64,000 nucleotides of DNA, from assembly GCA_029288615.1 (NCBI GenBank), contig JARIGV010000003.1, positions 1,068 to 65,067 on the forward strand, given 5' to 3'. The translations under genes and the position numbers were made by a program. This document shows, one piece after another, positions 38,985 through 48,756 of the stretch. The notes below the pieces were generated by a model, which was not told the origin of the DNA, did no database searches, and worked only from the letters and a program-made list of their open reading frames with translations. Each line of letters begins with the position of its first letter. Positions within the stretch are counted from its first letter, which is position 1. The stretch comes from Candidatus Tayloriibacteriota bacterium. Lineage in GTDB: Bacteria > Patescibacteriota > Minisyncoccia > Phycocordibacterales > CAIRYW01.

Positions 38985-39737
38985 CTAGTTTTTGAATTTT
39001 TTGTAGTGGTTTTTTGCCCATTGTCCCATTGCTAGACTTGCAGAAACTGAAGCATTGTAAGATTCACATCTCTCCATCATAGGTATACGAAGAAGTGTAT
39101 CGCAAAGTTGCTTTGTCTTTTCGCGAACCCCTTTTGCTTCGTTTCCGACAATAATTGCTGTAGGTGAATTAAATGTCTGATCAAAAAGTGAATCTTTAGA
39201 ATCCCCTTCAAGACCATAAATAAAGAAGCCTCTTTCCTTAAGATCACGTACTGATGTGTTTATATTCGATACACTAAGTATGGGAAGTGCGAATGTCATA
39301 CCAGCAGAGACTTTTACAACGGTACCAGTAAGTGGAGCTTGGTTGTGTTCTGGGATAAGCACGGCCTGTGCCCCAAACCCAGCCGCAGAACGAATGATCG
39401 CCCCGACATTCTGAGGATCTGAGAGTTCGCCTAAAATGACAAACAAACTATCATCATCTATTGCCGCGCTTTCAATGTAGTCTTTGTATGGTACGAGAAT
39501 TTTTGCAGGATTAATAACAGCGGCAATCCCTTGATGCACAGCTTCTCTATCAAGCCCGCCCGGAAGCTTTCCACCAGAGAGCTCTACTGTTGGAATCTTT
39601 TTTTCTTTGATAGCAGCACGTATGTCTTTGTCTGCAAAATGAGGCACGATAAGAATTTTCTCGAGAGATCTCGGAGCATTTTTGAGAGCTTCACTTATCG
39701 CATGCTTTCCATAAATATATGTAGCTGTTTGCTTCAT
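38985..39737 (-). CDS. rlmB: 23S rRNA Gm2251 methyltransferase (TrmH/SpoU family)
   Basis: IYGKHA..EAL, HQGI, DPQNVGAIIRSA, GNEAKG, ES.NASV; ATG 39737. Confidence 0.9.
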   Translation of the reverse strand: MKQTATYIYGKHAISEALKNAPRSLEKILIVPHFADKDIRAAIKEKKIPTVELSGGKLPGGLDREAVHQGIAAVINPAKILVPYKDYIESAAIDDDSLFVILGELSDPQNVGAIIRSAAGFGAQAVLIPEHNQAPLTGTVVKVSAGMTFALPILSVSNINTSVRDLKERGFFIYGLEGDSKDSLFDQTFNSPTAIIVGNEAKGVREKTKQLCDTLLRIPMMERCESYNASVSASLAMGQWAKNHYKKFKN

Positions 39738-39777
39738 AGTAAGTAGAAGTATAATATACAAAAACAACCAAATTACA

Positions 39778-40500
39778 ATGAAGAAAAAAGGACGACATGG
39801 TGGCAGCAAGCGGGCTAAATCCGCAGAAAAGTATTGGAATACCGAATATTCCAAAGAGAAGCATTTTGCGTTGTCTGAAAATCCAAGCGAAGATTTGATG
39901 AAATTTACTCGCTTTCTTCAAAGACTCAATGTGCAGAAAATTCTCACACCGGTTGCGTCCGCACTCGACCTTGGCTGTGGGAATGGACGCAATCTCGCAT
40001 ATCTCACTGAAAATTTCGGAATGAAAGGTATCGGCTATGATATTTCCGCAGAAGCTATCGCGCTCGCCAGAAAAAGAACAGAAGGCTATCCTATCGAATA
40101 CAATGTTCGTTCAATCGTGGGAGATCTTTCTATAGATGATTCTTCTCAGTCGATCGTTCTCGATATGATGACATCTCATTTTCTTTCAAAAGAAGAGCGA
40201 GAAAAACTCCACTCTGAAGTTTATCGCGTGCTTCGACCTGGTGGTTGGTATTTTCTCAAGACATTTCTTCTCGATGAAGATCCTCATGCAAAAAGACTTC
40301 TCGAAGAAAATCCAGGAGACGAAGAAGGCACATACATTCACCCAAAAATCGGCGTTGCGGAACACGTCTTCACTGAAGAAGAACTTGTCGAGGAACTCGA
40401 AAAAGATTTTTCTATCGAAAAAGTACTTACTTCTCACGGCCATCTTCGTCGCTCTGCAAAAAGACGAAGTATTGTTATTTACGCGAGAAAAAGTTTTTAA
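39778..40500 (+). CDS. Class I SAM-dependent methyltransferase
   Basis: LDLGCGNGRN, YDIS, LRPGG. Confidence 0.9.
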   Translation: MKKKGRHGGSKRAKSAEKYWNTEYSKEKHFALSENPSEDLMKFTRFLQRLNVQKILTPVASALDLGCGNGRNLAYLTENFGMKGIGYDISAEAIALARKRTEGYPIEYNVRSIVGDLSIDDSSQSIVLDMMTSHFLSKEEREKLHSEVYRVLRPGGWYFLKTFLLDEDPHAKRLLEENPGDEEGTYIHPKIGVAEHVFTEEELVEELEKDFSIEKVLTSHGHLRRSAKRRSIVIYARKSF

Positions 40501-40529
40501 ATAAAAATAGCCGAATAGTTTCGGCTTTA
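40499..40529 (-). terminator. Short hairpin with AT tail (recurrent type)
   Basis: Minus strand: TAA-AGCCGAA-ACTA-TTCGGCT-ATTTTTATTT. Confidence 0.7.
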
Positions 40530-40892
40530 ATCTTGACTGATATTAAGAAGACTGAGCACTCGCTCACCTATCGACATCTTGTCGGAGTGATGAGTGCACC
40601 CTTCTTTGACCATAATCTGACGAATGTCAGGATTACCGCTTATAGAAACAATGGGTTTCTTAAAACCCGCATCGAGCAAGTGTCTGAGAATCGGCTGAGT
40701 ATTGAATTTGTATCCGCCGAGACATCCATCGAGACAGACGAGATCAAGCTCGTGCGATTCTTGATCGAAAGTTTCTATTGCAGATTTCTCGTCGGCCGCG
40801 ACAGATGTTGTCACACCGTGAACTTCAAGAAATCTGCTCAAACTACTGAGGACCGATTCGTCATCATCTATAATAAGAACACGCTTTTTCAT
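40527..40892 (-). CDS. Stand-alone response-regulator receiver domain
   Basis: VLIIDDD, DLVCLD, SISG, K near the C-terminus; promoter TTGCAA-N16-TAGTAT at 40940-40913. Confidence 0.8.
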   Translation of the reverse strand: MKKRVLIIDDDESVLSSLSRFLEVHGVTTSVAADEKSAIETFDQESHELDLVCLDGCLGGYKFNTQPILRHLLDAGFKKPIVSISGNPDIRQIMVKEGCTHHSDKMSIGERVLSLLNISQD

Positions 40893-40945
40893 AAGTACCT
40901 GAATTTACTTCGATACTACTCCCTTATCGAAAAATTGCAAAGATT

Positions 40946-41998
40946 TTAGAGCACCGGCTCACCATCACGAATTCGCTCAAAGATTGCTTTTTCGGCTGTG
41001 TATTTATCATAGCCATGACACAAAAGAGTTGCTGCAACACCGAAAAGAATAAGGTGTGGCCACACAGCTTCTCCAAAGAATGAAATTGAAAGTGTAATGA
41101 AAGAAATAAAAACGAGTGCCATGAAGCGAATTTCGAAACCGATAAAGAAACAAATACCGATTATTGATTCAACAATAAATGCACCGAGTACGAGGAAAAG
41201 CGGTGTGAAATGGAAATAATTTGTAAGGTGATAATCAGCAACAGTATCAAGTGCGAGATTGCTATGAAGGAATTTTGCATAGAAAGACGCAAAGATAAGC
41301 GCGCTGCCAAAAAACATTCTCATAATAAAGAATGCGTAAGGCTCCAAGATGCGTGCGATTCCAAAAAACATTTTCTCGATTTTAAATGGGCTCATGACAC
41401 GATCGAGTGAGAGTGGTCCACCACCCAGAATGAGAAAGAGAATCATTTCTCCTAAATAATTTGCATATGTGACCATGTAGATTCCGTAATGGGCACACAA
41501 GAAAATATAGAGAATAAGACCAAAGAGTGCCATAAGACGTGTAAGCAGGCCGAAAGAAATAAATACTGCAGCGATCATAACGACTAAAGCGAAAACATGC
41601 TCTGCTTGAGGAGAGAGAAAAACAGAAAATGGAAGCTCGGGACCAAAGAAAGCATGGTGATATCCTGAAAGGAAAACACTGGCTCCCAAAGTAAGTCTTC
41701 CTAAAAGTGGTGCGACTTTTTTAAGCTTCATAAGAAAAGGATCAAAGATTTTTTCAAACATCTTTGAAACAGAAAGTGTTAGCACAAGAAGAACGCCAAC
41801 TGCACAGAGTGCTCCCCAAAAAAGAAACTCCTTCTCTTGCTCAGGAATAACTGTAAAAGGATTCGGAGACGGCATCGCTACAGCTGATCGAATTTCTTCT
41901 GGCGAAAGTACATACACTTCATGTGCAGACGCACAGAATGGTGCAAAAAATAGAATCGCGAGGACAAAACTACAAATGAGTGTATATATTTTTTTCAT
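40946..41998 (-). CDS. DoxX-like membrane protein (duplicated domain)
   Basis: AHE.YV start, R..LG, GLLTR, G.G..SLD. Confidence 0.7.
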   Translation of the reverse strand: MKKIYTLICSFVLAILFFAPFCASAHEVYVLSPEEIRSAVAMPSPNPFTVIPEQEKEFLFWGALCAVGVLLVLTLSVSKMFEKIFDPFLMKLKKVAPLLGRLTLGASVFLSGYHHAFFGPELPFSVFLSPQAEHVFALVVMIAAVFISFGLLTRLMALFGLILYIFLCAHYGIYMVTYANYLGEMILFLILGGGPLSLDRVMSPFKIEKMFFGIARILEPYAFFIMRMFFGSALIFASFYAKFLHSNLALDTVADYHLTNYFHFTPLFLVLGAFIVESIIGICFFIGFEIRFMALVFISFITLSISFFGEAVWPHLILFGVAATLLCHGYDKYTAEKAIFERIRDGEPVL

Positions 41999-42003
41999 AA
42001 TAT

Positions 42004-42378
42004 TTATTTGTTGTTCTCCTTCCTTTTATGGATCATAATCTGATTTCCGTCAGGATCTTCCACGAGCACCATATGACATACTCCTGTTTCGTGCGGTTCC
42101 ATAAGGAACTTAGTCCCCGCATCTTTGAGATCTTTTACCGCTGCATCAAAATCTTCAACCTCGAGCGCTACTCCAGGACCAGTTTTTCCAGGATTAAAGC
42201 TTGGTGCACCTTTACCGATCGCAAGCGTATGATCACCCATGTAATATTCGATAAACACAGAATCTTCTCCTTCCCAGACAGATCCCGGTACAAGTCCGAG
42301 TGTCTTTTCATAAAATTCGCGCGCTTTTGGAATATTAACTATAGGGAAACAAACAAATGCAATTTCTTTTATTTTCAT
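42004..42378 (-). CDS. VOC/glyoxalase family protein
   Basis: AREFYEKTLGL, DPDGN. Confidence 0.9.
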   Translation of the reverse strand: MKIKEIAFVCFPIVNIPKAREFYEKTLGLVPGSVWEGEDSVFIEYYMGDHTLAIGKGAPSFNPGKTGPGVALEVEDFDAAVKDLKDAGTKFLMEPHETGVCHMVLVEDPDGNQIMIHKRKENNK

Positions 42379-42390
42379 AGCTTAATTATA

Positions 42391-42421
42391 ACAAAGAAAC
42401 ATCTGCGTCGAATGCAGATGT
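42391..42421 (-). terminator. Probable terminator after the C39 gene
   Basis: ACATCTGC/GCAGATGT stem followed by TTCTTTGT on the minus strand. Confidence 0.5.
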
Positions 42422-42435
42422 GGTAATAACTCAAA

Positions 42436-43185
42436 TTATTTTGCAAAAGTGAAAATCACCGTTGCAGCTCCATCGGCTTTGCCAGTTGTATAGTCAAAGT
42501 CATGCAGAGATTTCATGAAAGTAAGATAACTGTAGCGATGATCTGCTCCGTCGACACTATCTCCCGGATCGTTCACAATAAATTCTTTTGTTTTTTCATC
42601 ATAGCCACGGATCACCATAACATGATAGGCAGAGCCTGTTGCCAAAAAAGGAATATGAGAATTATGGAGATCAAATCCAGAGTGGAGTGTAATGACAGGA
42701 TGTCCACTTTCAATTTCATTTTTAATATCTAATACAGACGGATTTTTAACAATTTTCTCACCAAAATCTGCATAGTTATCAATTAAAAATGCCATTCGTA
42801 CTGAATCAGAATTTATATTTGATCCATATTTGAGATCTTCTTCATGAAAAAGCATGTTCATGTAATTTTCAGCATCTGTCGTAGTTGCTGTACTTTGTCC
42901 TTTATAAAAACGATCTACCATAAAAATACTTACTTCTTCGCAAGCGTTTTTCCATGGGCCAGACCATACGCCACGCGGCGCCTCACTCATGTAAGGCACC
43001 GCGAGTTCATCGTAGGTCTTTTTAGGAATGACAATAGATTTTGTTGAAGAAGCTAAGGTAACCGAACCGCCAATCAGAGCTTCTGTTTCGCGTGGAAGTG
43101 AAACTGATCTGCTCCAAAAACACATGAGTGCTATAGCTCCCACCGCAGCGAGAGCCACGAGTGCAAACACATTTTCTGTTTTCAT
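42436..43185 (-). CDS. C39-like peptidase, membrane-anchored
   Basis: VPY.SEAP, ACEE, YHVMVIRGYD, VNDPG. Confidence 0.85.
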   Translation of the reverse strand: MKTENVFALVALAAVGAIALMCFWSRSVSLPRETEALIGGSVTLASSTKSIVIPKKTYDELAVPYMSEAPRGVWSGPWKNACEEVSIFMVDRFYKGQSTATTTDAENYMNMLFHEEDLKYGSNINSDSVRMAFLIDNYADFGEKIVKNPSVLDIKNEIESGHPVITLHSGFDLHNSHIPFLATGSAYHVMVIRGYDEKTKEFIVNDPGDSVDGADHRYSYLTFMKSLHDFDYTTGKADGAATVIFTFAK

Positions 43186-43237
43186 GACGATGAGATTTTA
43201 TCTGTAACTTCTTCGACCGTGATTTCAGTATAACAGG

Positions 43238-43390
43238 CTAAGCAATTGGGTTTCTTCCCTGAATGATTCGGATAAGAAACATGATAATCGCGATCACGAG
43301 AAGGATATGGATAAACCATCCAATGCTGTATACCCCGATAACTCCAAGGAGCCAGAGTAAGAGCAAAATAGTAGCAATTGTTACGAGCAT
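43238..43390 (-). CDS. lmo0937/DUF5670-family small membrane protein (50 aa; not in the ORF track)
   Basis: Translated by hand: MLVTIATILLLLWLLGVIGVYSIGWFIHILLVIAIIMFLIRIIQGRNPIA*. Confidence 0.88.
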   Translation of the reverse strand: MLVTIATILLLLWLLGVIGVYSIGWFIHILLVIAIIMFLIRIIQGRNPIA

Positions 43391-43413
43391 ATATTTTCTT
43401 GTTAGCTTCTAAT

Positions 43414-43623
43414 TTATTTTCTGCTTCGCTTTGATGTGCGACGCGAACTCTTTTTGCGAGGGACTTTACCGCCACTTTTACGGGCCTCTGAAAGGCCAAT
43501 AGCGATGGCTTGCTTGCGGCTTTTTACTTTCTTGCCGCTTTTACCCATGCGAAGCTTCCCTCTCTTAAGCTCATGCATGGCTTTTTTGACTTTTTGTCCG
43601 GCTTTTTTACCGTACTTTGCCAT
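43414..43623 (-). CDS. DUF6496-type small basic protein
   Basis: KVKKAMHE.K.G.L..G.SGKKVKSRKQAIAIGLSEAR. Confidence 0.88.
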   Translation of the reverse strand: MAKYGKKAGQKVKKAMHELKRGKLRMGKSGKKVKSRKQAIAIGLSEARKSGGKVPRKKSSRRTSKRSRK

Positions 43624-43661
43624 AATATTTTTATTGCTAATAAATAACTTTCCTTAATATA

Positions 43662-43687
43662 GACGAGCAATATGCATGACTATGACG
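43662..43687 (-). promoter_or_regulatory. ECF-type promoter P4
   Basis: CGTCAT-N16-CGTCTA. Confidence 0.65.
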
Positions 43688-43689
43688 CA

Positions 43690-45177
43690 TTAATAGCGGA
43701 GTTTATATTCATAGAGAGTGAGCCCTGGCGAAAATTCATCTGAATACAATTTTTGGTAGTGAGTGTCAAAATAAAGCTCTACATCTTTTTGATACCCTTG
43801 GTCATAGCTTAAGAGAAGCCAGAGATTGCTGTGGTTTGCTTCGAGTGTGGCTACATCTTTTACAAGTTCATCTTTTGAATATGCTGGGATCGGACCATTC
43901 GCTTCCTGATTCCAAATAGGAAGCGTTGTAAGTGTTGCTGGCCCACGATAATAATAGAGCATTGGATAAATCGTAAACGGAGCAGAGACGACGATAATAT
44001 CCGAAGCCGATGCATTCCTCTCAAGGAATGTGCTCGCTTCTTCATAATTTTCTTTTACAGGCGTTGATGCTGACACTCCTTCAAAAACAAGCGTTGCTGC
44101 CATGAGAGCGATCAAAATACATTTCACAGCAAGAGAAAGAGTCTTGGGATATGTTGAGAAAAGCCAACCCAAGAAAAGATACATCGATGGAATCGTAAAT
44201 ATAAGATAGCGAGTCAAATAAATCGGCGACAGTGTGAGACTTACAATGAAAGCAATGACGTTTGGAAGAAGAAAGACAATGAGAAAGTAAAGCGTCTCTG
44301 GCGCCATTCCTTTGCCTTTTCGAAGAGCAAGAAATCCCAAAAAAACAGTAAGAGGCCACAAAGACACCAATATGGTATTGAGGTGGTCTGTTTGGAATCC
44401 AAACAAGAATTGAGAGAAGGTGTTAAAAAGATCTACAGTTGAAGGTGCAGTGAGCGCCGGTTCAGAACTTGAAATGCCTCCAAGATATATGACAAAAAGT
44501 GCCCAGGGCAAAAAACAGACAATCAGAAAAATTCCGATCTTGAAGAATTTCTTGAAAGCATCTTTTGGGAAAATTTCCTTATGGAAGAAATAGAAAATCA
44601 TGTCGCAGAGTACGAGAAGGAAAAAGAAATAATGCGTATACATACCACATACCGAAACTAGAGCAAACCAAAACCAATCCATGAAATCTCCCCTCTTCCA
44701 TATTTTTACGAAGAAATATTCATGAAGAATTGCCACAAGCACAAACATGCTGTACATACGGATCTCATTTCCGTACCAATTCATAAATGGCGACAGTGTT
44801 AGGAGCGCCGCAACAAAAATTCCAGTTTTTCTTCCATAGCAAATAGCACCTAAAGAATAAATTGCAGGAATTGATAATAAGAAGAAAACAAGTGAAAGAA
44901 GCCTATCGACGGCAACATCATTTCCAAGAAATATTTGCCACGTATGGAGAATAAGATGATAGAGCGGCACGTGCACATCTTTACCTACAAGAGAAAGCAT
45001 CCCCATAACTGTACGCGATGTCTGCCAAATACTTTGTGATTCATCGAGGCGGAGACTTTGCTCTCTGAAGAATACGATCGAGAGAAGCGCCGCAAATAGC
45101 ATAAGCATTAAAATGATCGGAAAATCTGTCGATATCCACGAAGGCGCAGCTTCTGTTTTTTTAACTTCGTTTTCCAT
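43690..45177 (-). CDS. GT-C fold glycosyltransferase (GT39/PMT-like)
   Basis: SLRLDE, DVHVPLY, EIRMY, about 11 TM plus an extracytoplasmic C-domain. Confidence 0.85.
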   Translation of the reverse strand: MENEVKKTEAAPSWISTDFPIILMLMLFAALLSIVFFREQSLRLDESQSIWQTSRTVMGMLSLVGKDVHVPLYHLILHTWQIFLGNDVAVDRLLSLVFFLLSIPAIYSLGAICYGRKTGIFVAALLTLSPFMNWYGNEIRMYSMFVLVAILHEYFFVKIWKRGDFMDWFWFALVSVCGMYTHYFFFLLVLCDMIFYFFHKEIFPKDAFKKFFKIGIFLIVCFLPWALFVIYLGGISSSEPALTAPSTVDLFNTFSQFLFGFQTDHLNTILVSLWPLTVFLGFLALRKGKGMAPETLYFLIVFLLPNVIAFIVSLTLSPIYLTRYLIFTIPSMYLFLGWLFSTYPKTLSLAVKCILIALMAATLVFEGVSASTPVKENYEEASTFLERNASASDIIVVSAPFTIYPMLYYYRGPATLTTLPIWNQEANGPIPAYSKDELVKDVATLEANHSNLWLLLSYDQGYQKDVELYFDTHYQKLYSDEFSPGLTLYEYKLRY

Positions 45178-45186
45178 GGATTTTAT

Positions 45187-46740
45187 TTAGACTGAAACAG
45201 AAACAGATTTATCAACTGTTCTCGCTACATGTTTTGAATGCGATTTTGCTCCCGATGGAAGAGCGGCATAAATTGACGGAACGAATACTCCGACCATAAG
45301 AGCTGCCCAAGCGATGTTTGCAATAAATGATGCAGAAAATCCTTCACGCATAAGTGCAATAGGAATACCACCAAGAACAAGAACAATATAAGCAATATGC
45401 GGAATAACAAGTGAGACAAAATTTCCCTCCACCTGCTTCTTTGGTGTCACTTGGAATGAAGATTTTTCGCGAGTGATCGCAGCCCAAATAGCTTTGATAT
45501 GGATCGTGAATGCACCCATTGAAAATGTAAGAGCGCGGAATGTGAATGAAAAATTACTTGAAAGCTGAATCATGTAGAGTGTAAGGAAGATATAGGGAAG
45601 GAATATAGCGGCAAGGAACATTGTTGAAACAGTAAACGCGATCATTCCGGTGTAAAGGAAGATAACTGGAATAAGCGCATTCATCACAACCACAAGTCCT
45701 GAGAAATAGAAGCTGATCGAAGAGAAATACTGAAATTTCTGTGCAAGAGAAAGATGGCGTCGACTAAGAAAACCGAAAGCGAGTGCATCAAAACCTCCCC
45801 TTGCCCATCGGAATTGTTGTTTTGAATACGAGAGAAAATCTTCTGGCGCCAAACCTTCAGCGAGGACTTCTGGCACATAGACAGACGTAAGACCTTTTTC
45901 GTGAAGCAAAAGACCAGTAAGAAAGTCTTCAGCAATACTATCTTCCGACATTCCACCTACAGAACAAAGCATGTCACGACGAAGTACCATGTTTGTACCA
46001 CACATAGTCACACCATTGAATCTATTTCGACCACGACAGATCGGGCCAAAGAAAAGTTCCTGCTGTTCCCACGCACTTCGTGTAATATAGTTTTTCGCAA
46101 AATTTCTATAGAACTGCGGAGTCTGTACGAAAGCAACTTTAGGATCAAAAAAGTATGTAGCAGTTTTTGAAAGAAAATCTGCGTGTGGAATATGATCAGC
46201 ATCGAAAATTGCAACGAGTCCATTTCCTTCGCCCCATCCTGTTTCTCGAAGTGCATTATTTATATTTCCCGCTTTCGCACCTCCTGGTGTTTTTCGAGTA
46301 ATACAAAATACACCGAGTTTTTCTGCCACGTCTTCTGCCTCTTTCCAATTCTCCTTCTTCGCAACATATCCATCATTGAGAATATATACAGAAAAATCAG
46401 GATAGGTCATATTCTTTACAGCTCGTGTTGTCTCTTCAACAATATCCGCTTCTTCTCCTGCTACAGTAATGAAAACATCCACATGTGGCGTAAATGATGG
46501 ATCTCTTTTATGAAGATAGCTTGTATCCCATGTTGTGAAAATGAAAGAGAGCACTTGATACACATGAAAAATTTCACCAGCAATAAGAAGAGCGAAGAGA
46601 AGACTGACTCCCACAGGAAAAGTGAAAGCGATCACATAGAAATACACGACCGATAAAATAGCTGTTACCGTGAAAAGTCCTCTATGGCTTCTTGTTTGCA
46701 AAAATGCTGTTTTTGCTTTTTCGAATGAATTATTTTTCAT
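45187..46740 (-). CDS. Cellulose-synthase-like GT2 (BcsA-like, no PilZ)
   Basis: NDG, AKAGNIN, FDADH, QTPQ, AED, QQFRW, FQVTPK. Confidence 0.88.
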   Translation of the reverse strand: MKNNSFEKAKTAFLQTRSHRGLFTVTAILSVVYFYVIAFTFPVGVSLLFALLIAGEIFHVYQVLSFIFTTWDTSYLHKRDPSFTPHVDVFITVAGEEADIVEETTRAVKNMTYPDFSVYILNDGYVAKKENWKEAEDVAEKLGVFCITRKTPGGAKAGNINNALRETGWGEGNGLVAIFDADHIPHADFLSKTATYFFDPKVAFVQTPQFYRNFAKNYITRSAWEQQELFFGPICRGRNRFNGVTMCGTNMVLRRDMLCSVGGMSEDSIAEDFLTGLLLHEKGLTSVYVPEVLAEGLAPEDFLSYSKQQFRWARGGFDALAFGFLSRRHLSLAQKFQYFSSISFYFSGLVVVMNALIPVIFLYTGMIAFTVSTMFLAAIFLPYIFLTLYMIQLSSNFSFTFRALTFSMGAFTIHIKAIWAAITREKSSFQVTPKKQVEGNFVSLVIPHIAYIVLVLGGIPIALMREGFSASFIANIAWAALMVGVFVPSIYAALPSGAKSHSKHVARTVDKSVSVSV

Positions 46741-47938
46741 AGCTTATTCCCGAGGAAAGATTCGGAAGGAGATTGTCGTAAAGGGCAATTCCAAACCACG
46801 CCCAGTTTGCATCGTAATAACTAAGTGGCGTTTTCCAATTTTCCGTATCTTGGTCGAATAAAATTTTAAGTTTCTGATTATAAACATCGTCTGCATCTGC
46901 AGTGTCTGAAACGGCAAAATAACCTATAGCGCCGCCATACATCGCAGGTACTTCTGAAGACGCAACAATAGAGCCATCATGACCATATACAGAGGCGAGC
47001 ATCTTACTGTTTTGCCACTGTGATGAAAGAAATCCAAGCTTATCGAGGTATTGTTTTGCTTCAGGAGCCTTAAACCATTCATAATCAAGTGCAACTCTCC
47101 ATGGCACACGAAGTGCATCGAAACTAAAGTTTGTCGTGAGATTTGAAATTCCTGTTGCAGAAATTGCAGCTTTTGTTTTATCTATTTCTATCCAATCTGG
47201 TGGAAGACCAGAGGAACTTCCTTTATCAAGTTGTGAAGACGCAGAATTATTGAGAAGTGCATACGAAGTATCGACAAGAGAAACCCAATCATGGCTGCGA
47301 TCTATATTTGCAAAGATGCGATATGCATATGGTTCAAAATATGAAGGGTTGATGATGGGTTTTGAGGAAGAAAATTTCTCAAGATTGTTTGCAGTGAGAT
47401 ATGGCTTTCCTGCTATTACCACTACTTCCTTATCCCAAATATCACCCATGATCGCCTTTGCTTCAGTGAGATATTTTGTGTCATTCCATCTGTCGTATGC
47501 GAAAACAAGTGCGAGCGCAATATCAGTATCAGCATCAGTTGCTGCATTCTGTCCTCCCCTATCTGTAAGAATTCCATATGAGCCGTCTGTTTTTTCTCCA
47601 AAAAGCCACGCAAATAGATTGTCGTCCTTGTGCTTCAAATTATTATTCGTCCACTGCAATCCTTTATCGAAAGTTCCTTTATCATCCATCCACACTGCAC
47701 GCAAAAGCAAATAACCCTGTCCCTCGGATGTTGTAATGTTGTTCTGACTCTTATCGATCGCGCGTCCATCGGGATTTATATAATCGCTCTTATAATGAGA
47801 CCAGAGCGATGTGACCATATCTTTATCAGAAAAGACAAGTGAAGTGTGACCGAAAACGCCATTGAAATAAAGAATTGCAATACACAGGATAACGGCAAGT
47901 ACAATCAACGCATACCCGATGACATAGTTTTTTTCCAT
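46730..47938 (-). CDS. GH8 endoglucanase (BcsZ-like), N-terminally anchored
   Basis: TSEGQGY, ATDAD, NPSY, FDALRVPWR. Confidence 0.9.
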   Translation of the reverse strand: MEKNYVIGYALIVLAVILCIAILYFNGVFGHTSLVFSDKDMVTSLWSHYKSDYINPDGRAIDKSQNNITTSEGQGYLLLRAVWMDDKGTFDKGLQWTNNNLKHKDDNLFAWLFGEKTDGSYGILTDRGGQNAATDADTDIALALVFAYDRWNDTKYLTEAKAIMGDIWDKEVVVIAGKPYLTANNLEKFSSSKPIINPSYFEPYAYRIFANIDRSHDWVSLVDTSYALLNNSASSQLDKGSSSGLPPDWIEIDKTKAAISATGISNLTTNFSFDALRVPWRVALDYEWFKAPEAKQYLDKLGFLSSQWQNSKMLASVYGHDGSIVASSEVPAMYGGAIGYFAVSDTADADDVYNQKLKILFDQDTENWKTPLSYYDANWAWFGIALYDNLLPNLSSGISYEK

Positions 47939-47963
47939 GAAATTTTAAGTTAAACAATTGAAA

Positions 47964-48662
47964 TTAATGACCAAGCGACATCTTTCGTGATGAGAAGCGT
48001 GATGAATTTCCCATAATGCTTCTCGGAAGCGCTGTCGCTTTCTCGATCGCCCTCTTACCTTCTTTGCCTGCAATCAAAAGCACACCAAGAAGGCCAAGCG
48101 CGAGCGCAGTGACACCCAATGAAAATGTCATTGGCACACCAAGGCGAGCTTTTTCATATGGTGAAATTGCAGATGCAGTCGAAGCATCACCTGCCGCAGA
48201 TTTTTCATTGCGGAGACCGACTGATGGAGTCCTCGGATTTTTTGGTTTATTTTGAATAGTTGAATAGACTGATCCTGCCGTTGGTATAACTGCCGTAGTA
48301 GTAGCAGTTGTTGTTGCATTTACAGTCGCTTTTGTTGAAGTTGAAGTAGTGATCGGAGTTGTTGTTGCATGATTTGGATTTCCGAAAATAAAAAGTGATG
48401 GGAAAATAAAACTTCGAGTTGTACTTGCACCATTGTCAGGACCAGAAGAAGTATCTGCAGGTGTAGTAGTAGACGAAGCATGTGGCACCAACGAGTTCTC
48501 AGCAGGAGTTGTTCTATTTATTCTATTTGTATTTCGGTCACCATGAGATTGATTCCGTGCCGCAGATGCAACACCTGCAAAAGTAAACATATATATGAAA
48601 GCCATCATGCACGCGAACATGATGCCTATTTTTTTATTTTTCATAAATGTGTTTTGTTTCAT
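47964..48662 (-). CDS. Secreted Ser/Thr-rich protein with a C-terminal TM anchor
   Basis: Signal peptide (..ASA-A), T-rich linker, TM near the C-terminus; start 48662 or 48644. Confidence 0.65.
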   Translation of the reverse strand: MKQNTFMKNKKIGIMFACMMAFIYMFTFAGVASAARNQSHGDRNTNRINRTTPAENSLVPHASSTTTPADTSSGPDNGASTTRSFIFPSLFIFGNPNHATTTPITTSTSTKATVNATTTATTTAVIPTAGSVYSTIQNKPKNPRTPSVGLRNEKSAAGDASTASAISPYEKARLGVPMTFSLGVTALALGLLGVLLIAGKEGKRAIEKATALPRSIMGNSSRFSSRKMSLGH

Positions 48663-48671
48663 GTACAAAGA

Positions 48672-48697
48672 GACGGAGCGCTATAGTGATTATGACA
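48672..48697 (-). promoter_or_regulatory. ECF-type promoter P2 (S/T protein-GH8-synthase-GT-C operon)
   Basis: TGTCAT-N16-CGTCTC. Confidence 0.7.
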
Positions 48698-48719
48698 GTA
48701 AGCTCATGTTTGAAATGGC

Positions 48720-48745
48720 TGTCACGATAGCCATCATTTGTCGTC
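48720..48745 (+). promoter_or_regulatory. ECF-type promoter P3 (gtrA-GT2 operon), back-to-back with P2
   Basis: TGTCAC-N16-CGTCTA. Confidence 0.7.
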
Positions 48746-48756
48746 TACCTTTTTGT

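Noticed and set aside
43182..43499. 105-aa ORF from the track
   Set aside because: Wrong frame; it overlaps the DUF6496-type gene and the recognisable lmo0937-like ORF.
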